DNA of 64,000 nucleotides from Octopus bimaculoides (GCF_001194135.2 NC_068992.1:38394164-38458163); one strand, 5' to 3'; shown: positions 51,083 through 63,660, numbered from the stretch's first letter. Made by a program: numbers and translations. The notes: a model not told the origin generated them from the letters alone.

Positions 51083-52847
51083 ATTGTTTTACTTTTTGAG
51101 TTGGGACTAATAAAATCCTTATTGTTCAGACATGGACAGGGATTGGTCTTAAAAAATACCCAAAACACAACATATATCACAACAGTACCCCCCCCTGCAA
51201 GTTGAACAGGGGTTAAGGGCCCATCAACACCACCAAAGCCACCCTATCAGATATTGTATTAAGCTAATGTAGGCTAGAAATCTGGGTCCACAACCTCAGG
51301 CACAAGACTGACAGAAAACAGGCTTGAGAACAGCAAAGAGGTAGATGGAGTGATACGACCAGATGGGGAGGGCCCTGGCAGGGCATAGCCCTGCAATACT
51401 GAAAGGTGAGGAGTGATGGTTGTATCTGGGCCCCCTCCCTGACTCTCAACCAGAAGGGAACATTCATCCATTTTTGCACAACACCAAAAAAGAACAACTT
51501 GCAGATCAACAAAACTATTGATCTCATATACATACAGATATACATACCTGTGTGTGTGTGTGTGTGTGTGGATAATCTTTTACTTGCTTCAGTAATTAGA
51601 TTGCGGTCATACTGGGGCACTGCCTTGAATTCTTAGTCGAATGAATCGGCCCCAGTACTTATTTTTTAATATTTAAAAAATTCAGCAAAAACACAACAAA
51701 CAGAAAATTCGTAGCTAATTCCTCATCAGTCAATGTCCAAAAGATCCTTACAATTTCGTGCCTTTGGTACTTATTCTATCGATCCATTTTTTTGCCACAC
51801 ACAAACACACAGGAAAGTCTTAAAATAGCTTCTTTTTAGCATAAAAAAACATGAAAAATATGAAATAAAAGTAATTAACTATACTTTAATTGATTAATAT
51901 CCCCGGCGATTTTTTTACAATTTCATACAGGGATCTAATTAAAAGTAAGAAAATTGTGTTTGCGCTGCAATACTATCGCTACCTGTTTAACCCCAGGTCA
52001 GCCCTAACCGAACAAATCTATAATAAAAGGTGTCCCAGTCGTGACCATCCAGTGTTTTTGTGTATCTAAGACTATATTGTCCTATGGGGTGAAAAGTGTG
52101 ATATGACGCAAATTTGGACGCTATTTCTAGCAAGTTGAGTCATCACGAAGAGGTGCTCTCGTTGAGTCGAATGAAAAACTATCGTTTTTTTTTTTTATTG
52201 TTATTAATATGCATGTTAATTAACAAACCTAAATATATTCAAATATCTTAGAAGAAACACTTGGAACACGTAAAAATATTCAGAAATCTCATTAAATATA
52301 AGTTAATAATATCAACAACTTTTAACGACAAATGTTTCAGATATTTCATAAAGAAAAGAGAAAAAAACTTTCGATTTTACTGTTATAGAATTGGAAAATT
52401 CTGGCTTTTCGATTATTTCCTTAGTTGGAATTATAACTAATATATATGAGTGTATTTAATAATAGATAAATGGCTCCTTTTTGATTCGTCACAAGGTCCA
52501 TCTCTTATTTTTTAGTAAAGAACATCGTCGAAAGCCCGAAGATGTAACCAAAGGAGCCGTTGCCAAATTCTAAAGACTAAGAAGAAATAAGCTGACGGCG
52601 AACTGAGCCATTATTTGCTCGTTCCTTGGAAAAACATGAACGTCACCATATCAGTCAGTTTTCTTTTAAAGTATACGGTTTTAGTGGTTCTTATTTGAAA
52701 ATTTTATCGAACACGATACAAATAAAACGAGAAAAGTTTTGATAGTGAAACTATGTAAGAGAAGAAAAGGTGAAAGAAGAGAACATAAAGCGAAAAAGGT
52801 GAAGAAATTAAAAAAGGTAATTTAAAGTTATTAATATTTAAACTCAC

Positions 52848-52882
52848 TTGTTTAAAAAGTCGAAGTAATTTTGAAGCCATGA
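52848..52882 (-). CDS. Candidate 35-nt exon (MASKLLRLFKQ, or SWLQNYFDFLN in another frame); gene unknown
   Basis: Strong acceptor ttttctttcacattcaattaactttttcag and consensus donor CAA|GTGAGT, in non-repetitive CpG-rich sequence. Confidence 0.35.
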
Positions 52883-55689
52883 CTGAAAAAGTTAATTGAA
52901 TGTGAAAGAAAAGACTTTCACTTGAGTGAAATTTGAACGGCTATATTATTTGAAGTATCATTAAGATCAACCATAGTTAATGAATGAACGAGCAACTATA
53001 TCTCGAATGAAGAGCAACGTGCCTAATACCCACAAATATAAAACGTGGGTGGTGGTGGTGGTATTATTATTATTATTAGAAACTTATTATTATTGTTGTT
53101 CTCTCTTTCTCTCCGTATATTTTAAGGATTGGCATTTCAATGATATATTTTACGTCGTCACAGCTTTTAAGGTAAATTATATTTCTCTTCAGAAAAGTAA
53201 ATAAAGGGAAGTGATCATGTGACAAAATAACGATCAATATCAGGAAATAAGTTGATAATTTCTTTGGATAGTTGATTTTTGGTTGTTGTGGTTTGCAAGA
53301 GTTTGTCAGTCAGGTATCCCGACCCACCCCTCGATCCCAATATATCGACTCCCTTTTAACGTCCCTTTAATTCACCTTTGTATACTGCTTAGGAAAGATC
53401 AAGATTATCCCCAACCCGAGGGTTTTATATAGGAGAATATACTTGCTCGATATGACCTGCAAAATGCGATCGAACACAGGACCACGTGGTTTAGAAATGA
53501 ACTTATTAACCACAGCCTTGCCTGGTTTCTTTTCTTTTTTTTTTTTGCTTGTGTATGACTTAACCAAAAGAAATCCATATTTTCATATTTTAGGAGATGA
53601 GTAAAGTAATACAGAAAACATTGTAAGGATTATATTTAATTTATCTTTCACTAGATAAAATGTAACACATTAGGAAAGTAAAAACAAATAAAATTTTAGC
53701 TGATTAGAGATGAAAAATTATCAGCAATCACAGACAGGAAATCATCAAATATTTTTTGGTCAAAGGTAATCCAACCACAACCAGTTCCTCTTTCTAAACT
53801 ACATTATCTAATTATCCTCCATTTTCAAGACATCCAGATGTGATTTTAAAGTGATTTAACTATTTATTACTAGCGTAGACGTTTCTTCATTGCCTTGTTT
53901 AGAATTTAGGGTTACAGAAACCAGAACTTTTTTTAAAGGAAAAGTGTTGAGCAGCATAAAACAGACTTTTTATTTATTTATTTATTTTTTAGAAAATGTT
54001 TAGAAGTACAGAAAGATCATTTTTTTAAGAAAAAAGGAAAGAAAATAGTGTTTAGGGGTACAGAAACGTGTTTTTAATAGAATAAAAAGAGATACAGAAA
54101 AACCGTTTTTTTTTTCTTTAAAATTATGTTTAGGGATGCAGAGAGGGGGGTTAAGGGCTCAACACTTCTGGATTTTCTTTCTTTAGAAATTGTAGAATAA
54201 AAAGAAATTGAATATAATAAGAAAGAAACTTTTTAGATGTTGATCAGAGCCTTAAATATTTTAAAGTGGGAATGGGGGTTACATTCATATCTTTCTCAAT
54301 GATATTAGAAGCGCCAATGTAGTGAAAGGCTACAATCTGGGATCGAATTATCTACTAAATTATAAACATGACGTTCAACGTTACTTTCAATGAAAGATGA
54401 AATAAATTTATGCTCATGAATTCCTAGCATATCTGATAGGTTTGCAAGTAGATTTAGAGTTTGTGTGGCCAAGAACAGGCAGAGCAGGGTACGATTGACA
54501 ACAGAAATAGACGCGATTTTATTCGTTATAGAAAAAAGTGCTTCGTTCAAACAGAAAGTGACAAGCCTGTAATGAGATATAGATTTCAATAATAATAATA
54601 AAACCAAACCACACCTTTTAGCGTCTGTGTGTCCGCATCGAATTACATTATCGTTTGTTGGGGGAGTGGTTTATGGCTAGCTGAAACTTATCCCCTTAAA
54701 CTGTGGTTTTATATACACACATACACACACAAACATATTAGACACATGCTTTGGCGCATGAAAGGACTAGCTACACACAACTTTAAATTATTCAATTGAC
54801 AATGTGAAAGAGACATGTTACATGAGTACCAAGGTGGCTAGAAATTATTTGAAGGTTAATTCCTAATATATAAAGTGACAAATACATGTAGCTAACTCCA
54901 TGAACACACAAAAAAACCTCCAACGAGACACTTCCTACCACGTTAAAAACAAAGGACAGCTTATTAGGTCTGTATCTCATTTCAATAAAATATTTTAGAT
55001 GGTTATAGCTCAAATGCTATCAAATATTCGGGCCATGGATCTATCCAGGCCTCTCTAAACACGTAGACCTGTCCAATTAATGTCAAAATGACCCCATGTC
55101 TTGAATGCCTGTGTGTGCATGTATAGTTATGTCATAAATTAACTGTACTCTTACAGTGAGAAAGAAAAAAAAACGCTACCTCATCAAATAACTGAGATAA
55201 GTTGTTAATGAATTTATAATCTTTCGTAACTCCCATTCTCACTTGAAAACTTTTTTTAATATAACATTGGCACTTAGTTTCACTTGGTTTGATCTTTGAT
55301 TTCTCTGGGAGTGTAGTTAGTTCATGACCACCAGACTACCAATGCCTTTCGTTCATGCGCCGGTAGTCTGATGGGTAATAACGTTATTAACCCATAGTTT
55401 AGATATGACGGTCCATAATTCGAATCTAGTTTGGTATTACGTACACGTTCTGAAATAAGACAGCTGATGACGATTGGAGATCAATCAATTGAATCTTTAT
55501 GTTATGTAATTAAGAAAAAATGCGTTTGCGGTTTAAAATTAAAATAGGTATCTCAAACAAAATATTTAGTATTATGGTTTGTCGTATAGTTTTCGTTGGC
55601 TTTTCACAATATTAAGTAGTTTGTGAATGAAGACAATAAACACTAAAATTTTAATGACTTTTCAATTATTTCATTAACATACATCATTA

Positions 55690-56075
55690 TATTTACAAGT
55701 AACGTTGCCATCGTCTTGTATCGCACGCATTGACGAGGCTACAACGCAAGTCTTCTCGATTAAAGGCGAGTTCTCCCATTGGATGAACACCACAGTGTTA
55801 CTTTGTTCTGACTTCCTTGTAGTATTTTCTTGACAGAGACATTGGGGGTGATTTGCTATTGCTTCCTCCAACTGGATGGACGTTGGCCCACAAGGAGCTC
55901 ATCCATCTTTCTTGTTTTTTAGTCCTGCTGAGTGTCTAAACGCCCTCTTGACAAGAGAAGCAATCTACTCAAGGGGGGAAGCCGGTTTAGTCGCCGACCA
56001 CGCGACCATGGAACGGGTTGTTCTGGTTTACAAGGTACCAGTAGCAGGCCCCATAGCTTGCAATGAAAACTGACT
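55690..56075 (-). mobile_element. Possible ancient RTE-like LINE 3' remnant
   Basis: A translation with stops ends KYYKEVRTK*HCGVHPMGELAFNREDLRCSLVNAC, loosely like RTE C-termini (RYKD..K.CGI.P..WE.LA.DR..WR). The similarity is weak. Confidence 0.35.
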
Positions 56076-58409
56076 ATAACAAGTAATGTCCATTCAATAA
56101 ATTGAATCAACGTTCAACGAACATAACACTTAAGAGTCTGCTGTACATAACTTGCTGGATACATTACGAAAGTAGTATAAGGAATTTTAATCACTATATG
56201 AAACTGTTACAAGTGTTACTCAACACTTGTATGTTGGTGCCTTTTGTTGAGCATCACGTAAGCTACTTAAGAAAAATGAAAGAGGGGGAGAGAGAACAAT
56301 ACGCCGAGACAAATGATAAGTTCCACTAGACAGCTGGGTGGCTCTGGCCTGAGGTTGAATTTGCCAGCTTTTACAGCTGTAAGCCACCCTTCTATAATTT
56401 TCAGCAAAAATGTTTGGTAAGAAAACTTTCATGCTTCCTTCAAAGTTTACCACATCAACCATAAAGATCATCCAGTGCTGATTGGTTCAGCTATGTTCGT
56501 ACTTTTATGGTCATACTTTTCCTTTTATGGAGATACATTAGATGATTTTGGGCGAGGAAAATCCAAGAACTATGGTCCAAAATTCTGTATAGGCCTCACT
56601 ACAGTACTACTGATCCCTTCTCCAGACCATTGGAGAAAATTAAGGGCCAATACTTATTAATTATAAACACAGCCTGTACTAATAGCAAGCTGCTTGTCAC
56701 CACAATAAATACTAACGGAGAGGTGAAACATATAGGTGACAGTGAAGTGTCTTTTACAGGAAAACAATGCTGCACCAAAGACAAACTATGGAAATGAACC
56801 ATGTAACCCTCAGTCTAGTCAGTACCCTGGCAGAATTGTTAGAGCATTAGAATATAAGCTTTGCTATATTTATTCTGGTTCCTTATACTCTGAGTTCAAA
56901 TCCTGCCAAGGTCAACTTGGCCTTTCATCTATTTGGTATCAATTAAAATTAAGAACCAGTCAAGTACTGGACTTGATGGTATCAGCTAATTCCTCTCCTT
57001 AAAATAGCTGACCGTGCATTTCAATCAGAAACCATTCACTCATACACATGCATGCATACATGTAAGTGTGTGAATGTGATGTTACGTCTTTCAACCATAC
57101 GTTGTGGTAACTTGGTGGTCCGGGCATGTGAAGACCAGATGAATAAACAATATCTGAGTTGAAAAACAGGTAAGGGTTGGTGACAGGGAGAGCAGCCAGC
57201 AAGATAATACTGCATCAGTAAATTTACCCAACCCTTGCCAGTGTGTGGGAATGGGAGATGTGATGATGGTGGTGGTGGTGGTTATAATAGTGACAAATGT
57301 AATAATCAGTTGAGCATCAGTAAAAATGTTTTGCACCATTTAGCTCGCTTGCTCTCTCACTCTCCAATATGAGTTCAAATCACAATAAGTTCAACTTTCT
57401 CTTTCCACTTCGCCAAAGGTTAATCAGGTAAGTATCAGTAGCATTGACATGCTCCCCCACCTACTCTTCCACAGGTCTGTGTCAATAGAAAAACTCCGTA
57501 TTTTTATTTATTTATTTTATTGCAACATCTTTATTTAGAAACGTTCTTGTAGACATAAGTGGGGGAGGGTTGGCAGATAAGCTTCATGTTACCAACATTA
57601 GCTACATCGTTCTGTTCCTTAGAATAGTATCCAGCCATATCAAATGTCATAACATATGATTGATCTAACATCATCACCACCACCACCACCACCACCATCA
57701 TCATTCCCATTTCTGTACCTATTAAGGAACACATACATGTAAACATATATTTTGGCTTTTTTTCTTTTTGGTTTGTTAGCTCAAGAGGGATTGTGTTACA
57801 GAGGGTGAAAGATTGCTCTCGTAGAATGTCATCTGTTATGAAGAGCAGTTGGAAAAGCATTAGACCGGAAAATAGTTTTGCTACAACAAACCAGTTATGA
57901 CAAGCCTTGAGCAAGGAAAATACCTAACACAGCTAGAAACTAAGCAGCAGAGCTGTTTTCCTGGCCTCAAACTGCAAAAATCATTTGTGAGGTAATAACA
58001 ATATTATTATATCAATATCATATTATAAAATTAATAAATTGATGTGTTTATATCCTTGTAACTTAGCAGTTTGGCAAAAGTGACCAATAGAATAAGTATC
58101 AGGCTTTACAAAATAATAATAAGTACTAGGATTGATCTGTTTGATCAACCTTCTTCAAGGCAGTTCCCCAGCATGGCTGCAGTCTAATAACTGAAACAAG
58201 TAAAGGATAAAAATATGATATAATACTATAATCAGTAATATTGGTGGGAGGTGGGGTAAGTCAATTGCAAAAACTCCAGGGTTCAACTGGTACTTACTTT
58301 ATTGACCCCAAAACAATGAAAGGCAAAGTCAACTTAGGTGGAATTTGAACTTAGAATGTAACAATAGATGAAATGCCACTAAGCATTTCGCCTGGCACAG
58401 TAACGGTTT

Positions 58410-58861
58410 CGAGCATTGGGCCTCATGGAGACAAAGTGGCTGAGTTCTTTTCGAGCATGGGCCTTGTGGAGGCAAACTGGCCAAGTTCCTTTCGAGTGTT
58501 GGGCCTCACTGAGGCAAGGTGGCTGAGACCCTTTTGAGCATTGGGCCTCATGGAGGAAAAGTGGCCAAGCTCCATTCAGGTGTTGAGCTTTAGCATTATG
58601 TCGTGCTTGAGAAGACGATCCATCAAGCCAAGCAAAATCAGTCATGGCAGACACTGGTGTCATGCAAATGGCACCTGTGCTGATGGCACATAAAAGCACC
58701 CATTACACTCTCAGAGTGGTTGTTGTTAGGAAGGGCATCCAGCCATAGAAAACCATGCCAAATCAGACTGGAGCCTGGCGCAGCCTTCCAGCATGCAATC
58801 CCAGTCAAACCGTCCAACCCATGCCAGCATGGACAACGGACATTAAATGATGATGATGATA
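58410..58861 (+). mobile_element. SINE type A with an about 42-bp internal tandem repeat x4
   Basis: gagcattgggcctcatggaggcaaagtggctgagttccttt-like units followed by the type A tail. Confidence 0.8.
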
Positions 58862-58959
58862 TCTTTATGGAGTGCTTCTGTTGGTGTAGAGTAAATGTAT
58901 TTAAATTTTTTTTTTAAAGCTGGATAGGCAAAAGTATGACTGTGTCATTAAGAAGCTGG

Positions 58960-59335
58960 CTTTGTAACTAACCAAATGGTTTCAGGTTCAATCTCATTGT
59001 ACAGCACCTTGGGCAAGTGTCTTCTACAATAGCTCTGAACCAACCAATACTCTGTGAGTGAATTCAGTAGATAAAAACTGTGTGGAAGCCCATCATATGC
59101 ATATGTCTGTGTGTGTCTGTGTTTGTCCTTTCCTATAACTCTTGACAACCAGTGTTGGTTTGTTTACAGCCCCGTAACTTAGCAGTTTCAGCAAAAGAGA
59201 ACAATAGAATAAGTACAGGACTCCAAAAAAATAAGTACAGAGTCAATTTTTTTTCTTCTTTCTTTCACTAAACCTCTTCAAGGCAGTGCTCCGCCATGGC
59301 CTCAGCCCAATGACTGAAATAAGCAAATGATAAAA
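58960..59335 (+). mobile_element. SINE type C, near full length
   Basis: Type C head, microsatellite centre and 3' module. Confidence 0.75.
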
Positions 59336-59601
59336 AATATAAATACATCTTATTCTTTCACTGTGGTGGCGGTGGTGGGGGGATTAGGAGGAGGAGGAAT
59401 TGTTAGCATACTGGACAATATGCTGCTTAGCAGCATTTCATCTGTTTTCACGTTCTGAGGTCAAATTCTACCAAGATCAACTTTATCTTTTATCCTTTCA
59501 GAGTCAATAGAATAAGTAGCAATCAAGCACTGAAGTTGAATGTGATCGACTGCCCCTCTCCCCAACAAAACTTCACACCTTGTACCTATAGTGGAAAGCA
59601 T

Positions 59602-59635
<34 letters not shown>

Positions 59636-60213
59636 CATTATTATTATTATTGTTGTTGTTGAGTGAGAAAGCAGTGCATGCCAAAGTGACACTGGGGTAC
59701 AATTATACAAAGCCCAGTAAACCCATTATGACTACCCATCTGATAAGGGTACACCAGGCACATACATCACAACCATATGTGTGCGACATGGTGATCTCAT
59801 ATCAAAATAAACAGCACATGACCTTGCAGTTAGAATTTCCTTCAGGTTGAGTAGCCCATCCCACTCAAAAGATCCCTGAATAAGGGTTGTTTAAGGATGT
59901 TGAATGAAACACCCATGTTTTCAGAGGTGAATTATTCAAACCCCAAAGAATTCCTCTCAACATATAGCTATGATGCTCCCCCACTACTTCTACTCATGCA
60001 CATATCGTCAGCCACCAAGGGACTTGCTCAACTGGTTAAGGTCCAACAACTGACAAGCAAATCAGTGGTATTTAGCAGAATATTTGCTGAAGCCCACCTT
60101 TTATACCAAGATAAAACAATGTACATGATGACACTTCCAATCAGTTAAGATGCGAGCCATTGCCTGGTACTGCATCAGGGTGTCTTATTCTTCTTCTTCT
60201 TATTATTATTATT

Positions 60214-60569
60214 AATATCTCTGCCTTAGCGAAGGTAGAGGTATTGTTTTCAGTCATGTTTGTTTGTCTATGGACAAGATATCTCAAGAACCACTGGATG
60301 GATTTGGATGAAACTTTCAGGGATGGCTGGCCTCATGACTGGCACGAACTGATTAGATTTTGGGATCAATCCGATACCAGACAAGGATTCTAGATTATTT
60401 TTCCGTTTTTTTTACTTAATTTTTGAGAGCAGTCAGGTTCATTTTTAGTATTCTCATTTGTGAAATCAGTCGAGTTTATTTCAAATATTCTCATTTTAAA
60501 AATCATCTCTGGCTAATCATTGATAGGACATTGGTGTTGCCTTGGCAGAGGTTTACACTCTCTGAGTGC

Positions 60570-60570
<1 letters not shown>
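60214..60570 (+). mobile_element. Helentron-associated (HINE/DINE-1-like) element, uninterrupted
   Basis: 5' TCTCTGCCTT...AAGGTAGAGG hairpin, 3' sub-TIR TTGGCAGAGGT and a terminal CACTC-TCT-GAGTG stem-loop. It sits in an (ATT)n tract. Confidence 0.7.
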
Positions 60571-60617
<47 letters not shown>

Positions 60618-60750
60618 ATGTAGATAAATTGAATAAACAAAAAGTCTGAAACCAAATTATTACAATAATTTCTGCCCGTGTTACATTTTATAAAATTGTA
60701 AACATTGTTAGTTTATTGAGCATGCCCAGTATACTCCTGCCTGGTGTGTA

Positions 60751-60954
60751 TAGTAATCCCTCGCCATATTGCGGTTTATTCTTTAAGCTTACGTTGATTC
60801 CTGTGTGGGGTTGTTTTGCATTTATATTAAAATAAATATATGCAAATTATAAAAATAACAAAGAAAAATATACAGTAATGTTTCTACTTAGCGGATTTTC
60901 ACCTATCACAGGGGATTTTGGAACGCAATACCCACAATAGTCAAGGGATTATTG
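60751..60954. mobile_element. Tigger/pogo-like MITE
   Basis: TA|TAGTAATCCCTCG ... CAAGGGATTATTG|TA, imperfect TIRs. Confidence 0.6.
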
Positions 60955-61179
60955 TATTGTGAAACAATGAGATATTGATAGCAGTAAATGGTATATTTAT
61001 GGATCACCCTACAGTGCAATCTTACATTGAAGATGACCTGAATTTCTATGAAGTTTCTTGGAATTGTGATATATGACTTCATAATTTTGAATATATTAAA
61101 ATGGATCAGCCTCGATTGAACTCTGGCTGAGGAAGCTCAGTGCTGTGCTTTTTATGAAGTCAGTTAACCAGCTGAACAA

Positions 61180-61860
61180 TGTGGTCAGAGGGAAACCAAA
61201 CCTTACATTTCATAAAGAATTATTAGAGAGAATGAATGATAATGGCCTGAGAACATAAGTGTTGATGCAGACAGTGTAAGCAATATCTTCTGGAAGACTT
61301 TGAGGATGAGGATTATGAATAACTCCCAAAAGTCCTTGGTTGGAGAGTGCCACAGAAGTGGGGAGGGGTCTTTGGCTGTATGAAACAAGTACTACAGGCA
61401 TAAAAGTCCCAGCAGTTGGACCTGTCTGTAATCTGCACAAGATGAGAACAACTATTTAGCTCACATTTTCAGTATCTGTACAGTGTTGACTTGTGGGTTT
61501 GTGTCAAACAGCAGCTGATATGTGTAGGATTAACAAGGTTACCAACTGAGGGTATTGTGAAGATTGGCTCACCACCTTTCTTTGTTTAGGAAGGGTCGCT
61601 AGTCTTTCTCTATTTCGTGATCATGTTAAAAGGAAATTGTTTGGTTGATGTGCTTAAAAGGTTTGAGAACAGAGATTTTTCCACTTTAGCCAAGCCCTCA
61701 TCAACTTCTTTGAATACTACTTCCAGAGGAAGGTGAGGAGAAGGAAAGAGAGAGAGAGACCGAGAGAGAAAGGTCATCTTCCAAAGTATTTTATAAACGG
61801 TAAATGACAGCAAAAAGAATAATGAGGTTAAACGGGCATATTTTAATAACAATTAAAAAC
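61180..61860 (+). mobile_element. Decayed Tx1/L1-like LINE 3' region
   Basis: Fragments SHFQYLYSVDLWVCVKQQL and SQALINFFEYYFQRKVR. The latter is homologous to 63345-63510. Confidence 0.45.
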
Positions 61861-62083
61861 AGGAGACAGAAAACAGAGAGGACTCTTGTTTTTGATGCAT
61901 CACAGTAATAATCTAGTATTTTATTTAGGGGTCTCTCCTCCTACCCACCTAATTACCTAAGATGGTTCTCTTACTCCTATTCAGGACCCTCTTTTATCAC
62001 CTCAGATCTCTGGCATCTGACTCACTCTTCTTGGACACACGTGAAATGTCCAAAATGTTGATGTAACAATAATAATCTTTGAT

Positions 62084-62534
62084 AAGGTGGCGAGCTGGCA
62101 GAATCATTAGCATGCCGAGCAAAATGCTTTGTGGTATTTCATCTGTCTTTACATTCTGAGTTCAAATTCCATCAAGGTTGACTTTGCCTTTCATCCTTTC
62201 GGGGTCGATTAAATAAGTACCAGTTATGCATTGGGGTCGATCTAATCAACTTAATCCTATTGTCTGTCTTTGTTTGTCCCCTCTATGTTTAGCCCCCTGT
62301 GGGCAGTAAAGAAATAAATAATAATCCTTGACAGAAGCACAATGCTGAGATTAACAGGGCAGAGACATATTTGATTGAATCACCCCTAGGATATGACTGG
62401 TATTTATTTCATTGACCCTGAAAGGATGAAAAGCAAAATCAACCTCAGTAGAATTTGAACTCAGAATGAAAAGATGGACAAAATGCTTTGTGGCATTTTG
62501 TCCAGCATGCTAACAATTCTGCCAGCTAGCCACC

Positions 62535-62583
<49 letters not shown>

Positions 62584-63040
62584 TGATGATGATGATGATG
62601 ACAATATTTTCTACTAAAGGCACAAGGCCTGAAATTTTGGGGAAGGGAACTAACCCTAACCCCAGTATTTCACTGGCACTTCATTTATTGACCCCCCAGG
62701 ATGAAAGGCAGAGTCGACCTCGGCATGAACTCAGAGCATAAATAATCAGAACTAATGCCAGCAAGCATTTTGCTTGGCGTGCTAACGATTCTGCCAACTA
62801 GCCACCTCAACAACAACAACAAGAATAGCTTTAATTTCAGCATCAAGCCAGCAGTTTTGAAAGGGTGGGGAGCAAATCAATTACATCAACCCCAGTGTCT
62901 GACCAGTACTTTATTTTATTGACCTTGAAATGATGAAAAACAAAGTCAACCTTGGTGGGATCTGAACTCAGAACAAAGCATTTGAACAAATAACCACTAA
63001 GTATTTTTCCTGACACTCGACCGATTCTGCCAGCTAAAGT
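62084..63040. mobile_element. Cluster of four type B SINEs (one +, three -) around (AAT)n/(GAT)n/(CAA)n tracts
   Basis: Modules at about 62084-62320 (+), 62330-62540 (-), 62600-62810 (-) and 62830-63040 (-). Confidence 0.8.
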
Positions 63041-63057
63041 AATAAAATATATAAATA

Positions 63058-63205
63058 GGTGCAAACCAACCACATGGTTCGGGGTTCAGTTTCACTGTAT
63101 GGCACCTTGAAGAAGTGTCTTCTACTATAGCCTTAGGCCGACCAAAGCCTTGTGAGTGGATTTGACAGGCAGAAACTAAAAGAAGCCCATCATATATATA
63201 TATTT
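63058..63205 (+). mobile_element. SINE type C, 5' part
   Basis: Type C head and accttgaagaagtgtcttc motif. Confidence 0.75.
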
Positions 63206-63344
63206 GCTATGCTCGACCACTGAAATCTACAAGTTTTTCTCATTCTCTCTCTGTTATTTTCTCTTCTTCATTTCTGTTGAAGAGCATAGACTCGAAACGT
63301 AAAAAACTTTTTTCATTTTTCCCAAGCGTCAAACTAATATACTT

Positions 63345-63660
63345 GCTTTCCTCTTTGGCCAAGCCCTCATAAACTTTTTCAAGTTTCCCTTGAAAAGGAA
63401 AGTGAGGGTGGAGAGAGAAGAGTTGCCTTCTAGCAAATTTGCTGAAAGGTGGGTGAATGTTGGAAAAATGGCCGATGTCAAAGGACCAATTCTGAGCATA
63501 CACTTGTGAAAAATAAAAAGAGAAAGGCTCTTGCCCTGTTGGTCAGGCACCCATGACTTTTGTGAGGTTTTCCACGAGTAACCTTAAAGCACCTCTCCCT
63601 AGTGGGAGTTTTATTTGTTTAATTTTCTATGTTATTTTTTTATTTACACGCTTTTAAAAC
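63345..63660 (+). mobile_element. Tx1/L1-like LINE 3' end
   Basis: Open frame LFGQALINFFKFPLKRKVRVEREELPSSKFAERWVNVGKMADVKGPILSIHL*, followed by a T-rich UTR. A related decayed copy is at 61680-61860. The clade assignment is from memory of such ORF2 termini. Confidence 0.55.

Noticed and set aside
51280-51420. Possible Tx1-like 3' remnant (WVHNLRHKTDRKQA...)
   Set aside because: The similarity is too weak to call without an alignment.
55321-55380. SECIS element (ATGA...AA...TGAT)
   Set aside because: The stem register places the 3' TGA opposite CCA rather than opposite the 5' ATGA, so the tandem G.A quartet cannot form.
58410-58580. CRISPR-like regular repeats
   Set aside because: These are contiguous degenerate tandem units inside a SINE, with no unique spacers and no cas genes, in eukaryotic DNA.
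59650-60185. Probable interspersed repeat with an (AAT)n tail on the minus strand
   Set aside because: There is no second copy in the window and no diagnostic termini, so the class cannot be supported from this sequence alone.
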